Source of the DNA: Gammaproteobacteria bacterium
Lineage (GTDB): Bacteria > Pseudomonadota > Gammaproteobacteria > Arenicellales > Poriferihabitantaceae
DNA length: 64,000 nucleotides
NCBI GenBank assembly: GCA_011088265.1
Contig: JAALKB010000002.1
Span: 5,909 to 69,908 of the forward strand
Direction: 5' to 3'
The notes beneath the pieces were generated by a model that was not told where the DNA came from, searched no databases, and was given only the letters and a program-made list of their open reading frames with translations. Position 1 is the first letter of the stretch, and the number at the start of each line of letters is the position of its first letter. This document shows positions 52,743 through 63,554 of the stretch, piece after piece. The position numbers and the translations under genes were made by a program.

Positions 52743-53858
52743 TTAACCCAGCTGCTTCTGAACCAGCTCACGACGTTTTAGATATGCCTCTCTGGCGATG
52801 GCTATGTCCTGTAGAAAATAGTCCAATTCATTCATTGTCAGAGCTTGAGGTCCGTCAACCAAAGCTTTTGGTGGATTGGGATGAAAATCCACGAGTACCA
52901 TGTTCGCGCCGGAAACAACACCCTGGGCAGTACAATGCATTAGCTCCAATACACCATCAGGACTAACATCCCGGGTACCCACCGAATGGGATGGATCAAT
53001 GCAAACCGGCATATGAGTCAGACGTTTAATCGTAGGCACGTGGCTAAAGTCAACGAAGTTTCGATGGGGATCACCCATATTGGTTTTCATGCCCCTTAGG
53101 CAGAATATGACATTCCGATTATCCTCGCTTGCCAGATACTCTGCCGCATTAAGGGACTCCTCTAACGTGATTCCAAATCCACGCTTTAATAAAACCGGAT
53201 AAACACTCTGTTTACCACAAGCCTTCAATAACTCGAAATTTTGTGTATTTCTAGTACCGATTTGCAGCATGACACCGGTGGCATTTCCGCTTTGTTCCAG
53301 GGCTGCATTAATTTCCTCAATATGTGAATCATGGGTAATTTCCATGGCGATGACCTTAATTCCATACTTCCCCGCTAACTCAAATACCCAGGGCAAGCAA
53401 TCCGCGCCGTGCCCCTGGAAAGAATAAGGATTCGTCCTCGGCTTATATGCTCCCATGCGGGTGCATTGGAGCCCGGCTTCAGACACAGCTCGCATCATTT
53501 TTTCGACGTGCTGCGGATTATCGACCGCGCATAGTCCGGCGAAGATATTCAGGTTATCCTGATTAAAGGTTACTCCATTGTAGCTAAACCCATAGGAACG
53601 GGAATCCCCACCATGACGGCCAAGCACGGCATAGTCTCTTGAAACTTTGACCACCCGGGCAACACCATTGATATTTTCGATTTCTTCCCGATCAAGCGTC
53701 GAGGTGTTACCCACCAAATAGATTTCTGTCAAAGTCTGCTCTGCACCACTAACCTGGTGCACTCTGGGAGAAATCCCAGGTTTGGCCCTAAGATAGTCGA
53801 TAACCGACTGGGTTTGGGCTGAGTCCTGTCCGAGTTGAGGTTCCAGAATAACAATCAT
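52743..53858 (-). CDS. 3-deoxy-7-phosphoheptulonate (DAHP) synthase, class I-beta, with an N-terminal regulatory domain
   Basis: An N-terminal ferredoxin-like extension is followed by a KDO8P/DAHP-family barrel (GLCAV.....V..M........G....R.GAYKPRT.PYSFQG, and DPSH near the C-terminus). Confidence 0.82.
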   Translation of the reverse strand: MIVILEPQLGQDSAQTQSVIDYLRAKPGISPRVHQVSGAEQTLTEIYLVGNTSTLDREEIENINGVARVVKVSRDYAVLGRHGGDSRSYGFSYNGVTFNQDNLNIFAGLCAVDNPQHVEKMMRAVSEAGLQCTRMGAYKPRTNPYSFQGHGADCLPWVFELAGKYGIKVIAMEITHDSHIEEINAALEQSGNATGVMLQIGTRNTQNFELLKACGKQSVYPVLLKRGFGITLEESLNAAEYLASEDNRNVIFCLRGMKTNMGDPHRNFVDFSHVPTIKRLTHMPVCIDPSHSVGTRDVSPDGVLELMHCTAQGVVSGANMVLVDFHPNPPKALVDGPQALTMNELDYFLQDIAIAREAYLKRRELVQKQLG

Positions 53859-54022
53859 TTTTTCGTTTTTTATGTGTAGTGTTATATATAGTTCAGGGTG
53901 AAACTCTATACCAATCGCAGTCTAATGACTTTACAGGTATGGGCGAGGGAGTTCTCGTGATACCGTTGGGTATTAGCATGTCAAATTCCCGTTTTTCTGA
54001 CTGCAATTGATAAAGGTTATAT

Positions 54023-54430
54023 CTAGTTAGCATCCAACTGATCAAGTATGGGATGTACCGCCTTTAGCACATCAAGTTTTCGTATTTCCGAAATACCCAG
54101 CCAGCGCATCACCTGGCCTTCGGCACCTGACACATGCCCATCAAAACCCGTAATCAAAAAAACATCCAACCAAACCCTGGCATGGGAATAGTCGAAAGCA
54201 ATCTGAGTCAATGGGCGATATTGTACAATGATGATACCCAGTTCTTCGTTGAGTTCCCGGGCAAGTGCTTCTTCTGGAGTCTCCCCCTTTTCCAGCTTTC
54301 CTCCCGGAAACTCCCACTGTTCTTCGCAGTCCTTTCCCCTGGGGCGTTGTTGGATCAGTAGCTCACCGTTTTGCCGCTGGATGACCCCAACAACCACATA
54401 TAGACGGTTGTCAGGAGCGGTAGTCAGCAT
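54023..54430 (-). CDS. mutT: NUDIX hydrolase, MutT-type 8-oxo-dGTP diphosphatase
   Basis: The Nudix box is WEFPGGKLEKGETPEEALARELNEELGI. The start is chosen at MLTTAP, which overlaps the argJ end by 20 nt. The ORF opens at 54490. Confidence 0.8.
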   Translation of the reverse strand: MLTTAPDNRLYVVVGVIQRQNGELLIQQRPRGKDCEEQWEFPGGKLEKGETPEEALARELNEELGIIIVQYRPLTQIAFDYSHARVWLDVFLITGFDGHVSGAEGQVMRWLGISEIRKLDVLKAVHPILDQLDAN

Positions 54431-55637
54431 TGATATCAATGTATCCGTGGGTAAGATCACAGGTCCATACTGTTGCAGAACCAGATCCAACGCCGAGGTA
54501 AGCGTCTATTGACACATTCTGCGCCTTTAAATGTTTAGTAACAGGAGCTTCGTCATATCCCTCTACCACCTGACCGTTAAGCGTAATCAATACTCCCCCC
54601 ATTCTGATTTGCAACTTATCTCGATCAGCCATTTCACCAGACTTTCCGACAGCCATTACCACTCTTCCCCAGTTGGCATCTTCTCCGGCTATCGCCGTCT
54701 TCACCAAGGGCGAATTAGCAATAGATTTAGCCACGACCCTGGCTGCAGCATCCGATTCGGCACCACTCACCGTAACTTTTATCAGCTTGGAAGCCCCTTC
54801 TCCGTCCCGAACAACCTGAATTGCCATATCCTCCATCAACCCATGCAAAGCCTCCTTGAAATGCTGAAGGTCGTTGTCATGGATACTATCAGGAACCCTG
54901 TTTCCAGCCTGCCCTGTGGCGAAAAGTAGGCAGGTGTCGCTAGTAGACGTATCACTATCCACCGTTATTGAGTTGAAAGACAGGTCATTTGTTTCTTCCA
55001 ACAGCTGCTGAAGAATATTCCTGGGAATGGCCGCATCGGTGAAAATAAAAGCCAACATGGTAGCCATATCTGGAGCAATCATCCCGGAACCTTTAGCGAA
55101 ACCACTGATCACGACATCTGTTCCACCAACATTGGTTTTTACCGTTGCTCCCTTGGCGAAGGTATCCGTTGTCATGATCGCTTTTGCCGATGACTCCCAA
55201 TGAGTGGCAGTCAAATTAGAATGCAATCGTGGAATTCCATTTAATATTTTGTCGATGGGAAGTTGTTCCCCGATAACCCCCGTCGATGCCACGAACACAC
55301 CGGAAGAATCACATTCCAACGTATCCGCCACCGCTTCACAGGTTTGCATCACAGACGAGTCTCCCTGCTGACCAGTGAAAGCATTCGCATTGCCCGAATT
55401 AACAATAAGCGCCCTGGGGGTTCCTACTTTCAGGTTTCGACGACAGCATAACACTGGAGCTCCTGCGGTAAGAGAACGGGTAAAAACTCCCGCCACACGA
55501 GTACCTGGTTCAAAGGCAGCCAACATCATATCATCACGGCCCGGGTATTTGATTCCAACTCCCAGAGTGGACAGCGTAACCCCTCTCACCGGTAGAAGAG
55601 ACGGAAACGCCGCTGGGGCTAAGGGGGATCGTTCCAC
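54411..55637 (-). CDS. argJ: Bifunctional glutamate N-acetyltransferase / amino-acid acetyltransferase
   Basis: The self-cleavage region ATMLAFIFTDA, plus MTTDT and ANWGR motifs, are present. Confidence 0.95.
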   Translation of the reverse strand: MERSPLAPAAFPSLLPVRGVTLSTLGVGIKYPGRDDMMLAAFEPGTRVAGVFTRSLTAGAPVLCCRRNLKVGTPRALIVNSGNANAFTGQQGDSSVMQTCEAVADTLECDSSGVFVASTGVIGEQLPIDKILNGIPRLHSNLTATHWESSAKAIMTTDTFAKGATVKTNVGGTDVVISGFAKGSGMIAPDMATMLAFIFTDAAIPRNILQQLLEETNDLSFNSITVDSDTSTSDTCLLFATGQAGNRVPDSIHDNDLQHFKEALHGLMEDMAIQVVRDGEGASKLIKVTVSGAESDAAARVVAKSIANSPLVKTAIAGEDANWGRVVMAVGKSGEMADRDKLQIRMGGVLITLNGQVVEGYDEAPVTKHLKAQNVSIDAYLGVGSGSATVWTCDLTHGYIDINADYRS

Positions 55638-55676
55638 GATAAATCAGCTCAAGGGGGAGAATAAATCAAATAAAAC

Positions 55677-58412
55677 TTAGCTTAGTTTTCCGTGACATTG
55701 CTTGTACTTCTTTCCAGAACCACAGGGGCAAGGCATATTCCTACCAATTTTTTGGCCACTTCGGATATAAGTCTCACCACCTTGAGCCGATTGATCATTA
55801 CGTCGCGCTCTGGACGATGGTGGCGCACTCGCCGACTCAGGTGATTCAACTTTGGGTTTTGCTGCAATTTGTGCAGCGTATCTTTCCGCTGCCTCCTTTC
55901 GTCTTTGCTCTTCTGCGGCAAGCATCTCTTCTTCAGAAGGAATGTGAAATTTTGTAAGAATCGAGATTACCTCAAATTTTACTGATTCAAGCATGCCAGT
56001 AAACATTTCGAATGATTCTTTTTTATATTCCTGTTTAGGGTTTTTCTGAGCATAGCCTCGTAACCCAATACCCTGTCTTAGATGATCCATATTAGAAAGA
56101 TGCTCTTTCCACTGATCATCAAGCACTTTTAACACCACACTTTTTTCAAAGTGGCGTATTCCTTCCGCTCCCACCCGCTGCTCCTTGGACTCCATCAAGT
56201 CGTCAATTTCCTGCTTTATCCTTCGCCTTAGTGTTTCCTCATGTAGGTTATCATCTGAATCGAGCCACTCGCCAACGGGTAAATCAAGCCCAAAGTCATT
56301 CTTGAGGTCTTCCTCCAGAGATTGGATATCCCATTGCTCTTCAAGGGTTTGGGGAGGAATACTTCGACTAATCGCCGCATCCACCACTTCTTCCTTGGTA
56401 TGGCTGAGATATTGAGAGATATCGCTGTTTTCCATGAGCGTATTGCGTTGTTCATAAATCACTTTTCGCTGCTCATTCGCCACATCATCATATTCGAGCA
56501 ATTGCTTACGCATATCAAAGTTGTGACCTTCAACTTTTTTCTGGGCGTTTTCAATTGCCCGGGTCACCCATGGATGCTCAATGGCCTCACCTTCCTCCAT
56601 ACCAAGCTTTTGCATTAATCCAGCAATTTTCTCTGAACCGAAAATTCGCATCAGGTTGTCATCAAGAGAAAGATAAAACTGACTAGACCCGGCATCTCCT
56701 TGCCGGCCACAACGCCCTCTTAACTGATTATCAACCCTTCTGGATTCATTCCGCTCCGTGCCTAACACATGTAAACCACCCGCAGATAACACTTGCTCGT
56801 TCCGCTGTTTCCAGTGTTCTTTGATTGAATCTGTTTGACTCTCGTCTTCCAGACGACTCAGTTCTATATCGAGATTCCCTCCAAGCACGATGTCGGTTCC
56901 TCGACCCGCCATATTGGTTGCAATGGTCACCCGACCCGGCCGGCCAGCTTCAGCAATAATTTCCGCTTCCCTTTCATGATGCTTCGCGTTGAGCACTTCA
57001 TGATCAATTGTCATCGTTTTGAGCCGCGCTGATAAAAGCTCGGAAGACTCTATTGAGGCAGTGCCAACCAAAACCGGTTGGCCACGCTTTTGACAATCCT
57101 CGACACCTTGACAAATCGCTTGAAACTTGTCCTCTATAGTGCGATAGACAAGATCAGGCTCATCTTTTCGAATCATCGGATTGTTGGTCGGAATAATAAC
57201 TACCTCCAAACCATATATTTGAAGAAACTCGGGAGCCTCGGTATCAGCAGTACCGGTCATACCAGATAGTTTGTCATACAAACGGAAGTAATTTTGGAAT
57301 GTAATCGACGCGAGCGTCTGATTTTCCTGCTGAATTTCTACCCCTTCTTTCGCCTCGATCGCCTGATGCAGACCATCAGACCAACGACGCCCCGCCATCA
57401 TACGGCCGGTAAATTCATCGATGATGACAATTTTATTTTCCCGGACAATGTAATCCACGTCTTTCTGGAAAATATTATGGGCCCGAAGAGAGGCATAAAG
57501 GTGATGCATTAAACCAATATTTCCTACTTCGTAAAGACTGCTCCCCTCTGGCAAAAGGCCTTCGGTGATCAGTAGCTCCTCAGCATGTTCATGACCATCT
57601 TCTGTCAGCGCGACCTGTTTAGATTTCTCTTCAATGGTGAAGTCTCCTGGCTCATCTTCTACTTGCTGCTTTTTCAGATTTGGCGCTATTAGGTTAACTT
57701 TTTGGTAGAGGTCAGTGCTTCCTTCGGCGGGGCCAGAGATAATCAGTGGGGTACGAGCCTCATCGATCAGGATAGAGTCCACTTCATCAACGATGGCGAA
57801 ACCCAATCCTTTTTGCGCGCGATCCTGGGCAGAAAACGCCATATTGTCCCGCAGGTAGTCGAAACCAAATTCATTATTTGTTCCATAAACAATATCCCGG
57901 TTATACGCTTCCTGCTTTTGTTCTCTTTCCTGACCAGAAAGAATAACCCCAACAGACAATCCCAGAAAATTGTAGATCTTTGCCATCCACTGGGAATCAC
58001 GTTGAGCTAAATAGTCGTTCACCGTCACGATATGGACAGGCGAGCCCCCAACGGCATTGAGATAGGCAGGCAAGGTGGCCATTAAGGTTTTACCCTCTCC
58101 GGTCTTCATTTCAGAGATCTTTCCCTCATTGAGTACCATACCCCCGATCAACTGAACGTCGAAATGCCTCAACCCCAATACCCGAACTGACGCCTCCCTG
58201 ACCACAGCGAAAGCCTCAGGAAGTAATGTGTCGAGAGTAACGCCCTCTTCAACCTGACTTTTGAAGTACGCTGTCCTAGCCGCAAGCTCTTCATCACTCA
58301 ATTTTTGTAAATCAGATTCCAGGGCATTGATCGACCCCACTGACTTATTCATTTTTTTGAGTAGACGCTGGTTGCGATCACCAAATAATTTTTTTAGTGC
58401 TTTTTGCAGCAT
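55677..58412 (-). CDS. secA: Preprotein translocase ATPase SecA
   Basis: Motifs MKTGEGKTL and [19 protein letters not shown] are present, and the C-terminus carries the zinc motif [14 protein letters not shown]. Confidence 0.98.
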   Translation of the reverse strand: MLQKALKKLFGDRNQRLLKKMNKSVGSINALESDLQKLSDEELAARTAYFKSQVEEGVTLDTLLPEAFAVVREASVRVLGLRHFDVQLIGGMVLNEGKISEMKTGEGKTLMATLPAYLNAVGGSPVHIVTVNDYLAQRDSQWMAKIYNFLGLSVGVILSGQEREQKQEAYNRDIVYGTNNEFGFDYLRDNMAFSAQDRAQKGLGFAIVDEVDSILIDEARTPLIISGPAEGSTDLYQKVNLIAPNLKKQQVEDEPGDFTIEEKSKQVALTEDGHEHAEELLITEGLLPEGSSLYEVGNIGLMHHLYASLRAHNIFQKDVDYIVRENKIVIIDEFTGRMMAGRRWSDGLHQAIEAKEGVEIQQENQTLASITFQNYFRLYDKLSGMTGTADTEAPEFLQIYGLEVVIIPTNNPMIRKDEPDLVYRTIEDKFQAICQGVEDCQKRGQPVLVGTASIESSELLSARLKTMTIDHEVLNAKHHEREAEIIAEAGRPGRVTIATNMAGRGTDIVLGGNLDIELSRLEDESQTDSIKEHWKQRNEQVLSAGGLHVLGTERNESRRVDNQLRGRCGRQGDAGSSQFYLSLDDNLMRIFGSEKIAGLMQKLGMEEGEAIEHPWVTRAIENAQKKVEGHNFDMRKQLLEYDDVANEQRKVIYEQRNTLMENSDISQYLSHTKEEVVDAAISRSIPPQTLEEQWDIQSLEEDLKNDFGLDLPVGEWLDSDDNLHEETLRRRIKQEIDDLMESKEQRVGAEGIRHFEKSVVLKVLDDQWKEHLSNMDHLRQGIGLRGYAQKNPKQEYKKESFEMFTGMLESVKFEVISILTKFHIPSEEEMLAAEEQRRKEAAERYAAQIAAKPKVESPESASAPPSSRARRNDQSAQGGETYIRSGQKIGRNMPCPCGSGKKYKQCHGKLS

Positions 58413-58485
58413 AAAGATAGTACTATTTTAGGTTCGGCAGGATTATGCCAGAGTCAATACCTGACTTTAAGGTTATTATCAAAGA

Positions 58486-58917
58486 ATGAAGTCGTTTAAA
58501 AAAATATCAGGAATTATAAAGCATGAATTATCTGGCTACAGTGACGCTCCGGTATCACAAATACTGCAAAGCCAACTAAAAGATAGCTGGAGGAAGCATG
58601 CTGGCGATTCAATACTGCACACATTCCCCCTACTCTTCCAATCAGGAAAACTGGTTATCTACTGTAATTCGTCGGCCTGGTCCACGACCATCCGAAGCCA
58701 ACAAAGTACTCTTGTCAGCAAACTCGCCGCCGACGGCCTCGAAGTAAGAGAGATAAAGGTTAAAGTTCACCCAGTGTCTATGTCACCTGCTCCTAAAAGA
58801 AAAGAAGCTATTCGGATATCAGACTCCACGTCAAATCAAATCAAATCCACAGCGAGTCGACTTTCCCACCAGGGTTTAAAGGAATCCCTGCTAAAACTTG
58901 CTAAACGGCAGAACTAA
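58486..58917 (+). CDS. DUF721 (DciA-like) protein
   Basis: It has the W....G..I...T.P..F..GKLVIYC.SSAW.T..R pattern. It occupies the conserved slot between secA and lpxC. Confidence 0.6.
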   Translation: MKSFKKISGIIKHELSGYSDAPVSQILQSQLKDSWRKHAGDSILHTFPLLFQSGKLVIYCNSSAWSTTIRSQQSTLVSKLAADGLEVREIKVKVHPVSMSPAPKRKEAIRISDSTSNQIKSTASRLSHQGLKESLLKLAKRQN

Positions 58918-59031
58918 ATGTTCTAAGACTAAAGGCTTTAACTAAAGGTCTTGGGGTGTAGGCCCTATGATCAATGTTAACTACCCCAGCGCCTTTATTC
59001 CTGTGAACATCCACAGTAACAGTGATCTGAG

Positions 59032-59943
59032 TCAGCCCGTTGCTACCGTAGGAACAAAGGATATCGGCACTTGGGCCTCATCTTCGTAGGTTACCAATTC
59101 CCAAGCGGACTCATCCGCAAGCAATTGCCTCAATAGTTTGTTATTCAACGCATGCCCGGATTTATCTGCACTAAAAGCACCAATTAGCGGATGCCCCAGA
59201 AGGTATAGGTCGCCAATAGCATCCAGCACTTTATGCTTCACGAACTCATCTTCATATCTTAGACCGTCATCATTAAGTATATGAAATGCATCCATTACAA
59301 TAGCATTGTCAAAACTACCACCCTGGGCCAGTCCAGCGTTCCTCAAGGCTTCCAGATCATCCATAAAACCAAAGGTCCTTGCTCTACTTACTTCTTTCAC
59401 AAAAGAAGTCGTTGAAAAATCCACCGTCGCAATTTGGGTTGAGTTTTGTAAGATAGGATGGTCAAAATCGATGGCAAAAGAAACTTTGAAGCCATCAAAT
59501 GGTTCGAATTTCACCCATTTGTCGTCTTCCTCCAAAAGCAGCGTTTTCTTAATCCGAATAAATTGTTTCAGTTTCTCCTGTTCCATAATGCCCGCTGATT
59601 GCAGGAGAAACACGAATGGACCTGCACTTCCATCCATGATGGGTACTTCCGGAGCACTCAGCTCCACGAAAGCATTGTCGATTCCAAGGCCCGCGAACGC
59701 AGACATCAAATGCTCGACTGTTGATATCTTCACCCCTCGTTGTTCCAGCGTTGTAGACAACCGGGTATCACTCACATTATCCGGTCGCGCCTCCACAGAA
59801 ATGGCGGGATCCAAATCAACCCTCTGAAAGACAATACCGGTATCTGTCGGCGCAGGGCGCAGGGTCAGATATACTTTTTCTCCGGTGTGTAACCCTACTC
59901 CGGTAGCGCGAATGACGTTTTTGAGTGTGCGCTGTCTGATCAT
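59032..59943 (-). CDS. lpxC: UDP-3-O-acyl-N-acetylglucosamine deacetylase
   Basis: Motifs MI.QRTLKN, G.GLHTG, TVEHL..A and [10 protein letters not shown] are present. Confidence 0.95.
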   Translation of the reverse strand: MIRQRTLKNVIRATGVGLHTGEKVYLTLRPAPTDTGIVFQRVDLDPAISVEARPDNVSDTRLSTTLEQRGVKISTVEHLMSAFAGLGIDNAFVELSAPEVPIMDGSAGPFVFLLQSAGIMEQEKLKQFIRIKKTLLLEEDDKWVKFEPFDGFKVSFAIDFDHPILQNSTQIATVDFSTTSFVKEVSRARTFGFMDDLEALRNAGLAQGGSFDNAIVMDAFHILNDDGLRYEDEFVKHKVLDAIGDLYLLGHPLIGAFSADKSGHALNNKLLRQLLADESAWELVTYEDEAQVPISFVPTVATG

Positions 59944-60079
59944 TCTGATTTCATTGGGGAAAATAGGTTAGCTTTTTCTGGCGGGGCGGATAAAGCGGCG
60001 AATGGTACACCAAAGAGATATTGAATAGAACCGCTTTGGTGGGATCATTCTTCACTTTTGTAACGCCTACCAGGGCTTC

Positions 60080-61240
60080 TTAATCAGCCTGTCTACGCAG
60101 GAAAGCGGGGATATCGAGATAATCCATATCGAGCTTCGATGCCTCTGCGGTAGCCGCACCCGCCCTTGCGAAACGCTTGGGTGGGAGACGTCGTTGATTC
60201 GTCTGTTCTGAAGATTCTACCGATTGTGGAACCGATTGCAGCGCTGGCTCCTCCTCAACAATCTCGGCCTTTTGTTCAGCCTTTGCATCAACGAGTCCCG
60301 TGGCGACCATCGTTACTCTCAGATCTCCTTCCATGGAAGGATCAAACGCAGTGCCGATCACCACATTGGCATCCGGTGCGGCAAATTCGTTGATGGCATT
60401 ACCCACTGCTTCAAATTCACCGATCGCCATATCCGGACCAGCAGTAATGTTGACCAACAAGCCTTTGGCACCATAAAGATTGATATCTTCAAGCAACGGA
60501 CTGGAGATCGCTTTCCTGGCGGCTTCCATCGCTCTGTTTTCGCCACTGACCGTTGCAGAACCCATCATCGCCATACCCATTTCGGACATCACTGTTCTTA
60601 CATCAGCAAAATCCACGTTAATAAGTCCGGGCCGAGTAATCAACTCAGAGATACCTTGGACGGCATTAAAAAGCACTTCATTCGCTTTGTTAAAGGCATC
60701 AACCAATGTGGCATTTTGGCCCATCACCGCAAGCACTTTCTCATTGGGGATGATAATTAACGAATCCACCTGATCCTGAAGTTCCGCAATGCCCTGTTCG
60801 GCATATTTCATTCGTTTTTTGCCTTCAAAAGGAAACGGTTTGGTCACCACCGCTACCGTAAGAATGCCTTTTTCCCGGGCAAGCTCTGCGATAACTGGTG
60901 CTGCACCAGTTCCGGTACCACCTCCAAGACCCGCGGTAATAAAAATCATATCCGCACCATTGATAGCTTCAGCAACGCGATCACGATCCTCCACCGCTGC
61001 CTGACGACCAACTTCAGGATTCGCCCCGGCCCCCAGTCCTTTAGTGAGGCTTTCTCCCAGCTGCAAAACAGTTGGTGCGTTGGATCTTGCCAGCATTTGC
61101 GCATCGGTGTTTGCGCTAATGAATTCAACGCCTTCGAGATCCGCTGTGAGCATATGCTCCACCGCATTACCGCCGCCTCCACCGACACCGATGACCTTTA
61201 TTACCGCCTGTTGGCCTACTGCATCCACTAACTCAAACAT
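60080..61240 (-). CDS. ftsZ: Cell division GTPase FtsZ
   Basis: Motifs IKVIGVGGGGGNAV and GGGTGTGAAPV, plus the C-terminal DIPAFLRRQ peptide, are present. The start is chosen at MFELV. Confidence 0.97.
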   Translation of the reverse strand: MFELVDAVGQQAVIKVIGVGGGGGNAVEHMLTADLEGVEFISANTDAQMLARSNAPTVLQLGESLTKGLGAGANPEVGRQAAVEDRDRVAEAINGADMIFITAGLGGGTGTGAAPVIAELAREKGILTVAVVTKPFPFEGKKRMKYAEQGIAELQDQVDSLIIIPNEKVLAVMGQNATLVDAFNKANEVLFNAVQGISELITRPGLINVDFADVRTVMSEMGMAMMGSATVSGENRAMEAARKAISSPLLEDINLYGAKGLLVNITAGPDMAIGEFEAVGNAINEFAAPDANVVIGTAFDPSMEGDLRVTMVATGLVDAKAEQKAEIVEEEPALQSVPQSVESSEQTNQRRLPPKRFARAGAATAEASKLDMDYLDIPAFLRRQAD

Positions 61241-61324
61241 AATGTTTCCTCCGCACATGTAAGAAAAAGGTAAAAAGATCAGGTTGTTTGATATTACCTG
61301 TCTTCGTAATTTGTATTTCGTTCA

Positions 61325-62560
61325 TCAAAAGCTTCCCCTAAACCAGCCATTTATTTTTTTCATCATGGTCCTAACAGTTCCAGGTTGTCTGGTAATATGT
61401 TGCAACTGTAATTTGTTCGCATGACCAAATTGCACAAGACCAATTCCCGTCGCATAGATAGGGTTTCGCACTACTTCGCTTAAACTGCCTTCATAATTTG
61501 GGGTCCCTACTCTGACCGGCAGATGGAATATTTCCTCGGCAAGCTCGATCATGCCTTGTATACGCGAGCTACCTCCCGTCAAGACCAGACCGGAACCGAT
61601 CAATTCTTCAAAGCCACTTCGTCTCACTTCCGCCTGGATTAACAAAAGCAGTTCCTCCATTCTTGGTTCAATGATCTCTGCAAGATTCTGTCGGGAGAGT
61701 GTTCTTGGCGGTCTACCTCCAATGCTTGGGGTCTGGATGGTCTGACCTTCATCCACCAATTTCGCCAACGTACAACCGTATTTCTTTTTTAAATCCTCTG
61801 CCGCCTGAGTAGGCGTGTGAAAGGCCACCGCAATATCGTTGGTCACCTGATCTCCTGCAATGGGGATTACTGCAGTATGCCGAATGGCTCCTTCCGTGAA
61901 GATCGCGATGTCAGTGGTGCCGCCTCCGATGTCAATCATGCAAACACCCAACTCCCTTTCATCTTCTGTCAATACTGACTCACTGGATGCAATTTGCTCA
62001 AGAATGATGTCGTCAACCTCCAAACCACAGCGCCGAATACATTTAACGATATTTTGTGCAGCACTAACTGCACCCGTAATCATGTGGACCTTAGCTTCCA
62101 TTCGCACGCCACTCATGCCAATTGGCTCCCTTATTCCATCCTGTTCATCAATAATGAAATCCTGTGGCAATACGTGCAAAATTCTCTGGTCGTTGGGAAT
62201 GGCGATGGCCTTGGCTGCATCAATAACCCTCTCAATATCATTTTGAGTTACTTCATTGTCCTTGATGCCCACGACTCCATGAGAGTTAAAGCTATTGATA
62301 TGGGCTCCGGCTATTCCCGCATACACGGAATAAATCTGGCAACCCGCCATCAGCTCAGCTTCCTCCACTGCCCGTTGAATAGACTGCACGGTGGACTCAA
62401 TATTCGCCACTACGCCTTTACGTAACCCTCTGGCGGGATGATGACCGACACCAATGACTTCCATCTCTCCGAATTGATTTATTTCACCAACAATCACTAG
62501 AACCTTGGAGGTTCCAATGTCTAGTCCGATAATGAGATTGTTGTTCGTTTTCCTGACCAT
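61325..62560 (-). CDS. ftsA: Cell division protein FtsA
   Basis: Actin-fold motifs GLDIGTSKV and DIGGGTTD are present. The start is chosen at MVRKTNNNLI, 7 nt after the ftsQ stop. The ORF opens at 62683. Confidence 0.93.
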   Translation of the reverse strand: MVRKTNNNLIIGLDIGTSKVLVIVGEINQFGEMEVIGVGHHPARGLRKGVVANIESTVQSIQRAVEEAELMAGCQIYSVYAGIAGAHINSFNSHGVVGIKDNEVTQNDIERVIDAAKAIAIPNDQRILHVLPQDFIIDEQDGIREPIGMSGVRMEAKVHMITGAVSAAQNIVKCIRRCGLEVDDIILEQIASSESVLTEDERELGVCMIDIGGGTTDIAIFTEGAIRHTAVIPIAGDQVTNDIAVAFHTPTQAAEDLKKKYGCTLAKLVDEGQTIQTPSIGGRPPRTLSRQNLAEIIEPRMEELLLLIQAEVRRSGFEELIGSGLVLTGGSSRIQGMIELAEEIFHLPVRVGTPNYEGSLSEVVRNPIYATGIGLVQFGHANKLQLQHITRQPGTVRTMMKKINGWFRGSF

Positions 62561-62567
62561 AACGTTA

Positions 62568-63554
62568 TTACGAACCCGAACCGCTTTTTGCAGCGCCGTG
62601 CGACTTGTTTTTTCCCTTAAACCACTCGACTGCAAATCCGTTGGGATACCGCAAGTCGATGGAACGAATGCTTGCAAACCCAAGCAGCAACTCTTCTTTC
62701 AGCACATCAATTAAACGCTCAATTTTTTCCTGAGCATTTGTTCGCTCTACCACCACTTCCACTGAATGCTTCTGCAGGGCTGCCGCGGATGCCGATGCAT
62801 CCTCCTGATACGTGGCAGCAAGCGCTCCCAGCGAAACATCCAGATACCAAAGATGACCATGGTTAAGCCGCAACAGGTTGAGCGAAAGGCCATGGGCGGC
62901 GAAAAGATTGGACCATGTTTTAAAGTTCTCCCAAATTTTCAACTGCTCACTTTCAGGTCCATCGATTCGGGGTAAAACCACGTCACTTTCGGCATCCTGC
63001 CGCTTCACCAGATCACCGGTAAAGTTAACCCATCGGTCTTGCCCCCATTTCGCGACCGGCTTTACTTCGATAATCTCGACCTGCAATGTGGATGGCCATA
63101 CCCGTCGTAGCGAAGCAGAAAAAACCCAGGGTAACGCTTCAATATGAGATTCAAGTCTGGATAAACTTGCAGAAAAATAGTTCCCAACGAGATAGCTTTC
63201 GACTACCTGTTTGATTTGCTCTCCATCTACTCGATTGAATTCACCCTTAACTTCAATTTCATTGATCTGGAACTTTTCTGGGTGAAACAGGCGGTCCGCC
63301 AATAACACGACAAGCAATGCAATCACCATTAGAAAAGCCACCAGGATAACCCATATTGACCATCCACGACGAGGTGAAGCATTTGGTACCGAATAACCGT
63401 TACCAATTCTATTCGAAGACGAATCCGCCCTTCTTTTTGAGCCTTCCCCATCCAAAACAAGAGAATGAAACCGCCTTTGTGTGACCGTCGACGTCAAGAG
63501 GTAACTCCACTGCTGAAATCCATTTTGCTCTGTCATGTGAAGCATAGGGATCAT
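62568..63554 (-). CDS. ftsQ: Cell division protein FtsQ
   Basis: A single transmembrane segment is followed by POTRA-like (I.EIEV.G) and beta domains. The start forms an ATGA overlap with the murB stop. The cytoplasmic N-terminus is unusually long. Confidence 0.8.
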   Translation of the reverse strand: MIPMLHMTEQNGFQQWSYLLTSTVTQRRFHSLVLDGEGSKRRADSSSNRIGNGYSVPNASPRRGWSIWVILVAFLMVIALLVVLLADRLFHPEKFQINEIEVKGEFNRVDGEQIKQVVESYLVGNYFSASLSRLESHIEALPWVFSASLRRVWPSTLQVEIIEVKPVAKWGQDRWVNFTGDLVKRQDAESDVVLPRIDGPESEQLKIWENFKTWSNLFAAHGLSLNLLRLNHGHLWYLDVSLGALAATYQEDASASAAALQKHSVEVVVERTNAQEKIERLIDVLKEELLLGFASIRSIDLRYPNGFAVEWFKGKNKSHGAAKSGSGS